A stretch of DNA of 59,933 nt. It comes from Candidatus Bathyarchaeia archaeon (GTDB lineage: Archaea; Thermoproteota; Bathyarchaeia; Bathyarchaeales; Bathycorpusculaceae). The stretch covers positions 1 to 59,933 of the forward strand of contig JBBFKZ010000010.1 in assembly GCA_037481775.1 (NCBI GenBank). The letters are read 5' to 3'. Position 1 is the first letter of the stretch, and each line of letters starts with the position of its first letter. Under the pieces are notes generated by a model, which saw only the letters and a list, made by a program, of their open reading frames with translations, was not told where the DNA came from and did no database searches. Made by a program: the position numbers and the translations under genes. Of this stretch, positions 8,954 through 18,845 are shown one piece after another.

Positions 8954-9331
8954 GTGAACGAGAAAAAAGTATTGCTAAGCATACTTAGGGAGATGTGGCA
9001 GCAGGGTGATTCGCCTTTGCACCGCATATACTCCTCTTGGGAAGAACTGGAGCGACATGTAGAAGTTAAAACGGCAAGAGCAAAACGAAACGAAAAGTTC
9101 ACGGTGCAGCGATGCCCAAATTGTGGAGTGAAGCAGAAAGTAACGAAGCCGTTGGAAGAACTTTTTCCTTATCAAACCTGCAAAGCGTGCAGACAAGTGT
9201 TTTACGTTAACAGAGATTTGACGGTGCGGAGCTTAACGGCGGATGAAAAAGAAGCCATGCCTGCTGCGTGGGTGCATGTCGTCGAGGACTTGAGCAGAAA
9301 AAAGCTTGCAATAGTTTTCAAGTTAGAATAA
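8954..9331 (+). CDS. zinc-ribbon domain hypothetical protein
   Basis: CPNCG...CKAC pair; GTG start. Confidence 0.7.
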   Translation: MNEKKVLLSILREMWQQGDSPLHRIYSSWEELERHVEVKTARAKRNEKFTVQRCPNCGVKQKVTKPLEELFPYQTCKACRQVFYVNRDLTVRSLTADEKEAMPAAWVHVVEDLSRKKLAIVFKLE

Positions 9332-9356
9332 GCCGCTTTTGCAGCTACAAGCTTAG

Positions 9357-9408
9357 TGGGCTTTGACGTTAACGCCTTTTTTCTCCTTGCTCCTCCAACA
9401 TGGCTATT
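9357..9408 (-). other. 3' arm of pre-16S rRNA processing stem (BHB)
   Basis: complementary to 10975-11026; includes a 16-bp perfect helix TGGGCTTTGACGTTAA. Confidence 0.9.
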
Positions 9409-9417
9409 TCTTTTCTT

Positions 9418-10912
<1,495 letters not shown>

Positions 10913-10974
10913 TACGCACACTATGCGTCTCCGTGCTGATCGTGCACGGCGTTTATTTCTGGAGGTACTTCCGC

Positions 10975-11026
10975 AATAGCCAAGTTGGATTTGGAGGGAG
11001 AATACCCACATTAACGTCAAAGCCCA
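10975..11026 (-). other. 5' arm of pre-16S rRNA processing stem (BHB)
   Basis: transcript UUCUCC-CUCC-AAA-UCCAAC pairs with GUUGGA-GGAG-CAA-GGAGAA: two 3-nt bulges around a 4-bp helix. Confidence 0.9.
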
Positions 11027-11192
11027 TTTCAGACCTAACAGCGTCAGGTCCACATACATGTCCCCGCAATTGGAGGCCAACTCCGTCATCCCTATAAGGC
11101 AAAGCGCCGTTCTGGTTGGGGTTGAGCCGCCGCCGTGTGTGAATTGCGGGGCTAGCTAATTGTAGCTGAATTATAGCTGAAGCGACATCAGC

Positions 11193-11206
11193 AAATATAA
11201 ACATTA
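11193..11206 (-). promoter_or_regulatory. putative TATA box of 16S rRNA promoter
   Basis: TTTATAT on the minus strand about 170 nt upstream of the processing stem. Confidence 0.45.
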
Positions 11207-11376
11207 TGTTCGGGGAGAAATAAATGTTGCTCTATGAATAAGGGCACGGTTCGGCTTAGTAATCATGTCAGTGGGAAAGCAAAGTAATGGTGTTTGGGGG
11301 TAGTAAATTATTTTTGAGTGCTTTGGAGAGGTGTTTGCAAGTGTAGGCGATGTAGCTTGGTCGTTTTTCACTTTTT

Positions 11377-11387
11377 AAAAAAAAAAA
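11377..11387 (-). terminator. oligo-T terminator candidate
   Basis: T11 on the minus strand downstream of the beta-helix gene. Confidence 0.35.
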
Positions 11388-11406
11388 CCTTGTGATGCAG
11401 CAGGGG

Positions 11407-11458
11407 ATAGCCCCTCTATAGGTTTCTGCAATGAATCGCTAATAGGCGCCAAATATGA
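11407..11458 (+). repeat. 52-bp dispersed repeat, copy 1
   Basis: ATAGCCCCTCTATAGGTTTCTGCAATGAATCGCTAATAGGCGCCAAATATGA; 50/52 identical to 48806-48857. Confidence 0.9.
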
Positions 11459-11611
11459 AGGTTTTGGTGCTGGTGTAATCAGCGGGTTCTTGGCTTTAAT
11501 ATTTAAGGGTTGAGTAGGGGGCGTGCTTTCTCTTCATAGTTGCCGCCTAATGTGCGGTAAAGAAGCTGGCTGAAGCGGGGAAGCTGCTGTGGTAGATGGT
11601 TCTGGTAGGGC

Positions 11612-12925
11612 TTATTTTTTAATTAGATAGATTAGTAGGCTTAAGCCTGTGACTAATACTACTATCACGATGATTGAGCCTATAATTGCTGTAGTCTGGT
11701 CTTTTTGTTGAATTTCTGGATTAGGCGTTGATGTTTCCTGCTGTGAGGTAGGTGCGGGGCTATGTGGTGTAGGCGTTGTTGTGGTCAAGTCTTCTTCTTC
11801 GATATAGGGTGGCTCGGGTGTTTCTCCTGGAAAAAGAGGCTCGTAAGACTGGAGAAACTCGATCCTAGTGCGTGGTTCCGGCGCTTGCGGGTTCGGGGCA
11901 GTCAAAAAAGGTTTGAATGTAACTGTGCCCAGGTTGAAGTCGTATTTGCTGTCGTGGATTCTTTTACTTATTTTTTGCTCATCAGTGGTTCCCCACCAGT
12001 TGTAAGTAGCGTTGATATCAGAAGTTTGAGAAGGATACTTTAATTTAACGAGTTCTTGCATACATCCTATTATGTTGTTGTAATGAATCTCCCCAGTGCC
12101 TTCCTCCGAATAAAATCCAATCATGGGATCAATTATTGTATTGTTTTGAATCAAGCAGCGTCCCCCTGTTATCTCTATTCCATACGTGCCACTTGCCACA
12201 ATCAAGTTCCATTCAATTGTTCCACTAAATATTTTTATCCCCCCTTTTATAATGTTGCCCGAGATACGCGCGCTCATAACATTAATTGGACCACCAATAG
12301 TGTTGTTCAAAATAGTTCCCCCTCCGGAAATGCCATTACCCATTGTGTTGTTTATAAAATAGGCTGAACCACTGCAACCACCCGACATGGTGTTGTTTAT
12401 TATTTTATTATGCGCGTTCGAGATGGAGCCTCTTATGATGTTGTTCGTTACAATTGCGCGTCCAGCGTCTATTTTACCTATAATATAATTGTTGCTTATC
12501 TTTGGTTCTGGACTACTATAATTGTAGTATATAATTGGTGGTGAAAAATTAATTTTCAACAGTTTTAGGTCAAGAAATGCATTCTCTATTATGCTGCCTG
12601 AACCTGTCTGCTCATCCCAACTAGGGCTGTCTTCTGTAAATCTTAACTCATTCCCACTTATGCGAACCAGATCATCGCTACGGCCTATCGCCCGCAATGT
12701 GCCATTCACTTGTATGTAATACTCGTTAATGTTTACTGTAGCGCCAGCCTCAATCGTTAAAGTCACACCTTTCTTTACAAGCAGAGGTCCTGTAAGGTTG
12801 TAAGGGCTTTTTGCCTTAGTCCACTTAGTGTCCGAGCTGATTACACCGATAACCTCCGTAGCCGCATGCGCCACACTAAAACACGCAGCGCAGACTAACG
12901 CTTGCCAACCAACCAGTATAACCAC
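11612..12925 (-). CDS. surface-anchored right-handed beta-helix (pectin-lyase/NosD-like) protein; N-terminus probably frameshifted
   Basis: TKWT..SPY.L...V..GVTLTIEAG cap, repeated I.NN.I units, NATYNWWG motif, P/T linker, C-terminal TM; RBS-supported ATG at 12956 is 1 nt out of frame. Confidence 0.8.
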   Translation of the reverse strand: MVILVGWQALVCAACFSVAHAATEVIGVISSDTKWTKAKSPYNLTGPLLVKKGVTLTIEAGATVNINEYYIQVNGTLRAIGRSDDLVRISGNELRFTEDSPSWDEQTGSGSIIENAFLDLKLLKINFSPPIIYYNYSSPEPKISNNYIIGKIDAGRAIVTNNIIRGSISNAHNKIINNTMSGGCSGSAYFINNTMGNGISGGGTILNNTIGGPINVMSARISGNIIKGGIKIFSGTIEWNLIVASGTYGIEITGGRCLIQNNTIIDPMIGFYSEEGTGEIHYNNIIGCMQELVKLKYPSQTSDINATYNWWGTTDEQKISKRIHDSKYDFNLGTVTFKPFLTAPNPQAPEPRTRIEFLQSYEPLFPGETPEPPYIEEEDLTTTTPTPHSPAPTSQQETSTPNPEIQQKDQTTAIIGSIIVIVVLVTGLSLLIYLIKK

Positions 12926-13136
12926 GAAGAATAAAACAAAAAAAAGGTCGAAGCATTCCGTGGCTCACCAAGAAAATATTACGTACATGGATTTTTATTG
13001 TTTGCTCTTTTGTGGAAGCCTCCTCGTGGCATTAGAGTAGGGATAGAAGCCCATACTTACATATTTATACAATCATCTCTTTTGCTCAAAGCAGAGAAGC
13101 TGAGTCCAGAAGCCAAAAGAAGATAGAAAAAGGAAG

Positions 13137-15095
13137 TTATTTTGCCAGTTGCCTGCGCAACTCTTCGTATGTAGCTTTGATGTCTTCCACCGAAGCCTCG
13201 TCCTCCAGAGTGGAGGTATCACCAAGCGGTGCTCCAGTAAGCACTGCTTTGAGGAGGCGGCGCATGATTTTTCCGCTGCGTGTCTTGGGCAGCTTGTTCG
13301 CGATTACGATGGCATCTGGAGTGGCGATGGGGCCGATGGTTGTTCTAATATGCTTAATTAGGTCGGCGCGTAGCTCATCCGATGGCGAGAAGCCAGCGCG
13401 CAATACGACGAAGGCTACGGGTACTTCGCCTTTCACAGGGTCTTCTTTGCCCATAACTGCGGCTTCTGAAACTGCGGGATGCGCAACTAATGCGCTTTCA
13501 AGCTCCACTGTGCCGATGCGGTGGCCCGCCACTTTGAGCACCTCGTCAGCTCTGCCGAGAAGCCAGAAGTAGCCCTCAGCGTCTTGAACAGCGTAGTCGC
13601 CTGTGTAGTAAACGCCTTGCCATCTTCCGAAGTAAGTTTGCTTGAAGCGCTCCGGATCTTTCCACAAGGTTTGGAGCATGCCAGGCCAAGGCGTCTTCAC
13701 CACGAGGAAACCTTTGTTTTCCACTTTCGCAGGCTGCCCTTTCTCGTCATAAACTTCTGCATGAATGCCAGGCAGCGGGTATGTTGCTGAGCCAGGTTTA
13801 AGCGGCACAAGCTCGATGCCCGAGAGCGGCGAGATCATGAAGCCTCCTGTTTCGGTCTGCCACCAAGTGTCGATTATGGCTAAGCGCTCTTTGCCGATTA
13901 CGCGGTAGTACCATTTCCACGCTTCGGGGTTTATGGGTTCGCCAACGGTTCCCAGCAGCCTCAGCGTGCTTAGGTCGTGCTTGTTTATCCATTCTTCGCC
14001 GAACTTCATGAACATTCTCACAGCTGTCGGCGTGCTGTAAAGTATTGTTACGCCATGCCTTTCAATGATGCTCCACCAGCGATCCTGCGCTGGATAATCT
14101 GGTGTGCCCTCAAAAAGCAGCGAGGATATGCCTAAGGATAGCGGCGCATAAACGTTGTAGGTGTGACCTGTAATCCAGCCGATGTCGGCAGTGCACCACC
14201 AGAGATCCTCATCTGTGGGGTTGAACGCCCATTTCAGAGTCCAGTAAGCCCAAACTAAATATCCGCCTGTGCCATGCTGGACCCCCTTGGGCTTGCCAGT
14301 GGTGCCCGATGTGTAAAGTATGAACAGCGGATCCGTGGCCTGCATGGGTTCCGGCGGAACATAAGCATTGACACTTACACCTGCCAAAGCCTCATGATAC
14401 CAGATGTCGCGTCCCTCTTTCATGTTCACACTTTGACCTGCCCGCTTTACCACTATGACTTTTTCCACAGTTGGCGTGCTCTGCAAGGCACGGTCAGCGT
14501 TGTCTTTTATTGGAACTACCTTTCCGCGTCGGTAGGAGCCATCAGCGGTTATGAGGATTTTTGCTTTACAGTCGTTAATGCGGTCAGCAAGCGCTTCAGC
14601 GCTGAAACCTGAGAAAACAACCGTGTGAATTCCGCCTAAGCGGACTACTGCGAGCAAGGCTATAGGGAGTTCAGGAATTACGGGCAGGTAAACGGCTACT
14701 CGATCACCCTTCTTAAGGCCTATGTCTTTAAGAACATGCGCAAGCTTGTTTACTTCCCTGTAAAGCTGATAATAAGTGTAAGTTTTGACTTCACCGAGCT
14801 CGCCTTCCCAGATGTACGCGAGCTTGTGTTTTCGCGGCGTTTTCACATGCCTGTCTAAAGCATTGTAGGCTACGTTGAGGACGCCGCCGACAAACCATTT
14901 GTAGAATGGTGGATTTGAGTCGTCCAGCACTTTGTCCCATGGTTTAAACCAGTCAATTGCCTTTGCTTTTTCAGCCCAGAACTCTTCCGGGTTCTTTAGG
15001 GATTTCTCTCGTTCATGTTGAAGTTTTTCTCCAGAAGATACATGTGCAGCCTTTGGATAGATTTTCTCGCCAAATGGCAAATTTGCCTCAGACAT
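13137..15095 (-). CDS. acs: acetyl-CoA synthetase (AMP-forming)
   Basis: YTSGTTGKPKG, DTWWQTETG, LPKTRSGKIMRR motifs; start moved to MSEANL. Confidence 0.96.
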   Translation of the reverse strand: MSEANLPFGEKIYPKAAHVSSGEKLQHEREKSLKNPEEFWAEKAKAIDWFKPWDKVLDDSNPPFYKWFVGGVLNVAYNALDRHVKTPRKHKLAYIWEGELGEVKTYTYYQLYREVNKLAHVLKDIGLKKGDRVAVYLPVIPELPIALLAVVRLGGIHTVVFSGFSAEALADRINDCKAKILITADGSYRRGKVVPIKDNADRALQSTPTVEKVIVVKRAGQSVNMKEGRDIWYHEALAGVSVNAYVPPEPMQATDPLFILYTSGTTGKPKGVQHGTGGYLVWAYWTLKWAFNPTDEDLWWCTADIGWITGHTYNVYAPLSLGISSLLFEGTPDYPAQDRWWSIIERHGVTILYSTPTAVRMFMKFGEEWINKHDLSTLRLLGTVGEPINPEAWKWYYRVIGKERLAIIDTWWQTETGGFMISPLSGIELVPLKPGSATYPLPGIHAEVYDEKGQPAKVENKGFLVVKTPWPGMLQTLWKDPERFKQTYFGRWQGVYYTGDYAVQDAEGYFWLLGRADEVLKVAGHRIGTVELESALVAHPAVSEAAVMGKEDPVKGEVPVAFVVLRAGFSPSDELRADLIKHIRTTIGPIATPDAIVIANKLPKTRSGKIMRRLLKAVLTGAPLGDTSTLEDEASVEDIKATYEELRRQLAK

Positions 15096-15191
15096 TTCAT
15101 CATCTCGTAATTTTATTTTAGAAAATAAAATCGAATTAAGCATATAAAGTTAATTAGAACTCGAAGCTGGAAAATAAAAAAATGAAAATTT

Positions 15192-15785
15192 TTAGCTTGT
15201 TGGGCATATAGGGAGAATTGTTTTTCCATAGGTTTCGTTTAGCACTTCTGCTATTGCGAGGTAAACAGCGCTTAAACCGCAAATAACACCTTCAATGCCG
15301 AGCATGTTGTTCAGCGTAAACGTTCCAAACAACACAGGGTTGCCGGTTAATTCCCGAATTGCGAGTAAAAAGAACAGTAACGCGAGGCTTAAGAAGACAA
15401 ACTGTAGGGCGCGGTTCTTCCTTAAGGTTCCAAAGAACATTGCGAAAGTGAACAGGCCCCACATAAGGAAGTAAGCGGCCATAGCTGTTTCAGTCGGAGC
15501 GGCTAAACCATTAAGCAGTGAAGTTTTCGGTAACAAGAGTAGCAGTACAAGAGACCACCAGAACAGGCCGTAGCTGGTGAATGCCACGGTTCCGAAAGTG
15601 TTGCCCTTCTTGAATTCCATTATGCCCACTATAACTTGGGCTAAGCCGCCGTAAGCCAAACCCATCGCCAGAATCATTGTGTCCAACGGGAACAAGCCAG
15701 CGTTGTGCAAATTCAGCAGAACAGTTGTTAAACCGAATCCAAGCAGACCAAGCGGTGCAGGATTAGCCAATTTTTCGCTCATCAT
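15192..15785 (-). CDS. satP: acetate uptake transporter (SatP/GPR1/FUN34/YaaH family)
   Basis: family signature [11 protein letters not shown] and SYGLFW; adjacent to acs. Confidence 0.93.
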   Translation of the reverse strand: MMSEKLANPAPLGLLGFGLTTVLLNLHNAGLFPLDTMILAMGLAYGGLAQVIVGIMEFKKGNTFGTVAFTSYGLFWWSLVLLLLLPKTSLLNGLAAPTETAMAAYFLMWGLFTFAMFFGTLRKNRALQFVFLSLALLFFLLAIRELTGNPVLFGTFTLNNMLGIEGVICGLSAVYLAIAEVLNETYGKTILPICPTS

Positions 15786-15848
15786 TTTACGCTCTCCACT
15801 GTTAGAGCTCCTTTGAGGCAGGTATGTTTTAAATTTTTTCTATAGGAG

Positions 15849-18689
15849 TTACTTCCACTTCCAGAGTTTCCTGTTCATCGTGAATTCAGGCAGCACCAGC
15901 AACGCTAAACTAGCCACTCCGATGACATACGCTAGATCTGTCATGCTTAGGGCTGTCAAATGGAACAGTTGCTGCGTTATGGGTATGTAAGTAATCCCGA
16001 GCGTCAAAGCTATTGACACCATTTCGGCTATCACGAAGAACTTGTTTTTGAATGCGTCTTTGCCCATTCGCCAAACGCTGCGTTTCTCTGAACGGCAGTT
16101 CCATACTACGAGCAGCTCGAACATGGCTGCTTGCACAAATGCTGTTGTCGTTGCCTCTTGATACGTAAGTTTACGCGCTATCTCGTCGATAGTGCCGTTC
16201 GGCAGCATCCATGGATGTGATGGCCAGATATAGTACTCTAAACAGAACACGAGGACGGTTCCAATTGCTTGAAGCAGAAATGACAGCACAATGAATCTGC
16301 CCATGCCATGTAGTATACCTTCATCTGGTTTTCTAGGTGGTCTATCCATCACATCTACATCAGGCGGATCAGTGGCGAGCGAAACCGCGGGCGCGCCATC
16401 AGTAACCAAGTTTATCCACAGAATCATGGCAGGCAACAGTGGCAGCGGGAAGAGTTCAGAACCGAAAATGCCGCCTAGAATAGCGAAAGAGCCTATAACG
16501 AGCAGTTCGTCAAAGTTGCATGCTATTAAGAAGCGTGCGTACTTGCGGATATTGTCGTAGATGACGCGGCCTTGTTCGACGGCTTTGACTATTGTGGCGA
16601 AGTTGTCATCTGTGAGAATTATATCTGAGGCTTCTTTGGTAACGTCTGTTCCGGTTATGCCCATGGCAACGCCTACATCAGCGGCTTTTACCGCTGGCGC
16701 GTCGTTTACACCATCGCCTGTCATGGCTACTATGTGGCCCTTTTTCTTCCAAGCGTTTACGATTTTGAGTTTTTGCTCAGGTAAAACGCGCGCGTAAACG
16801 CTGACTTTCTCCACTTGCTGCTCAAACTCGGCGTCGCTTAGCTGCGCCAATTCAGGGCCAGTAAGCACTAAATCGCCTTCCTTGAAAATACCAACTTCTT
16901 TAGCCACCGCCACAGCAGTTAGCTTGTGGTCGCCAGTTATCATTACTGCTCTAATGCCAGCTTTCTGGCATGTCTTATTCGCTTGGATTGCCTCTTCTCG
17001 AGGCGGATCAATCATACCTTGTAAACCTACAAAAACCAAATCGTTTTCAATCGTTTCATCATCCAATTTTTCTATGGTGGCAGGCAACCGTTTATATGCC
17101 ATTGCAAGAACACGCAAAGCGTTCCCAGCTAGCTGCTCGTTTACCATCAGAATCTTGTCGCGTTTAACTTGAGTTAGTTTGGTTTCTTTGCCGTTCTCAA
17201 GAATATGCGTGCACCGCTCAAGAATAACTTCAGGTGCGCCTTTAACGTAAGCAACAACGTCATTCTCTGGTGTCTTATGTACGGTGGTCATGCGTTTTCT
17301 TTCAGAAGTGAAGGGGATTTCACGTATGCGCGGGTAAACTTCGTCCCATTCTTCTCTGCTGAATCCGGCTTTTTCAGCAACAACAATCAGAGCGCCTTCG
17401 GTTGGGTCTCCGAGAACTTCCCAGCAATTCTCTTCATCTTTCTTTCGAAGCTGTGAGTTATTGCATAAGGCGCCTATTCTAAGCAGAAGCTCAGCGTCGC
17501 CTTCAACTTTCAATGGAGCACCGTCTAGCTTACATTCACCTTTAGGCTCGTAGCCTACGCCTGTAACCTCCAAGAATTTCCCGTCAACATACAGCTGGCG
17601 CACGGTCATTTCGCCCTTGGTTATGGTGCCCGTCTTGTCGGAACAGATAACCGTGACAGCACCCAAACTTTCAGCTGAAGACAGCTTCCGCACAAGTGCG
17701 TTCCTCCTTGCAAACTCGCGTGCGCCAAGAGCCAAGGTCACCGTTACTATGGCTGGTAAGCCTTCGGGAACCGCGGATATAGCCAAAGAGATTGAAGACA
17801 TAAAAGCTTGAATAAAGCCTTCAATGTTTAACACACCAGAGGCCGCGACCTCAAATGCTTCCAGAGCGAAAATGATGACACAAACAGCTACCACAACCTT
17901 GGCGATTTTGCTTGCAAACTTATCTAACTTCTTCTGCAACGGGGTTTCTTCTTCCTCGGCTGTCTGAACCATCTCGGCGATTTTGCCAAACTCCGTGTTC
18001 ATGCCGGTGGTTGTAACGACAGCTTTCCCGCGGCCATAAACAACATGCGTCGCTGTAAATAACATGTTATGCCTTTCGGAAATCGGAGCATCAACCTTAA
18101 CAGGAGATACACTCTTATTTACAGGCGCTGATTCACCCGTTAAAATTGCTTCATTTGCTTTAAGTTCTATGGCTTCAATAATTCGAGCATCCGCAGGAAC
18201 ACGGTCACCTGCTTCTAAAATGAGAATATCGCCTGGAACTATTTCCTTGGCAGGTATAATTTTTTCTTCACCATCACGAAGGACACGTGCTTTAGGTGCA
18301 GTCAACTTTTTCATGGCTTCTACTGCTTTCTCAGCACGATACTCCTGGATAAAACCGGTGACTGCAACCATTATCACAATGGCGCCAATAATTATGGCGT
18401 CGGCCATAGCTTCCATGAAACCTTCAGCTTCTCCAGTCATAACTTCATAGTAGCCTATAATACCAGACAGGATGGTGGCTGCAATTAGAAGGAGAATGAA
18501 GATGTCCTTGAACTCGTCTAGAAACATGCTGAGGGCGGATTTGCGCTTTTTTGCTATTAATTCGTTATAGCCATATTTTTTCAGTCTTTCTTGAGCTTCT
18601 TGGGAGGTTAATCCTTCATGTGTAACCGCTAACTCGCGCATTACATCGTCAATTCCCTGCGCATGCCACTCCTTGGACACTACCGCCAT
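15849..18689 (-). CDS. P-type cation-transporting ATPase (type IIA, Ca2+-ATPase-like)
   Basis: TGES, PEGL, phosphorylation motif DKTGT, KGAPE, MITGDH, GDGVNDAPA, LWINLVTDG. Confidence 0.95.
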   Translation of the reverse strand: MAVVSKEWHAQGIDDVMRELAVTHEGLTSQEAQERLKKYGYNELIAKKRKSALSMFLDEFKDIFILLLIAATILSGIIGYYEVMTGEAEGFMEAMADAIIIGAIVIMVAVTGFIQEYRAEKAVEAMKKLTAPKARVLRDGEEKIIPAKEIVPGDILILEAGDRVPADARIIEAIELKANEAILTGESAPVNKSVSPVKVDAPISERHNMLFTATHVVYGRGKAVVTTTGMNTEFGKIAEMVQTAEEEETPLQKKLDKFASKIAKVVVAVCVIIFALEAFEVAASGVLNIEGFIQAFMSSISLAISAVPEGLPAIVTVTLALGAREFARRNALVRKLSSAESLGAVTVICSDKTGTITKGEMTVRQLYVDGKFLEVTGVGYEPKGECKLDGAPLKVEGDAELLLRIGALCNNSQLRKKDEENCWEVLGDPTEGALIVVAEKAGFSREEWDEVYPRIREIPFTSERKRMTTVHKTPENDVVAYVKGAPEVILERCTHILENGKETKLTQVKRDKILMVNEQLAGNALRVLAMAYKRLPATIEKLDDETIENDLVFVGLQGMIDPPREEAIQANKTCQKAGIRAVMITGDHKLTAVAVAKEVGIFKEGDLVLTGPELAQLSDAEFEQQVEKVSVYARVLPEQKLKIVNAWKKKGHIVAMTGDGVNDAPAVKAADVGVAMGITGTDVTKEASDIILTDDNFATIVKAVEQGRVIYDNIRKYARFLIACNFDELLVIGSFAILGGIFGSELFPLPLLPAMILWINLVTDGAPAVSLATDPPDVDVMDRPPRKPDEGILHGMGRFIVLSFLLQAIGTVLVFCLEYYIWPSHPWMLPNGTIDEIARKLTYQEATTTAFVQAAMFELLVVWNCRSEKRSVWRMGKDAFKNKFFVIAEMVSIALTLGITYIPITQQLFHLTALSMTDLAYVIGVASLALLVLPEFTMNRKLWKWK

Positions 18690-18845
18690 CTCCTTACATA
18701 ACGTTGCTATTGAGTTCCACTATTTCTACGCAAAACAGTTTTAACCTTTTCCTTTTTGCATTTGCAATAAAACAAAGGCTAATAAACAAGTTTGTATAGA
18801 ATTCCACGAACAATCTGAAAAGACAGAGAGAAGGGAAGCTAAAAA

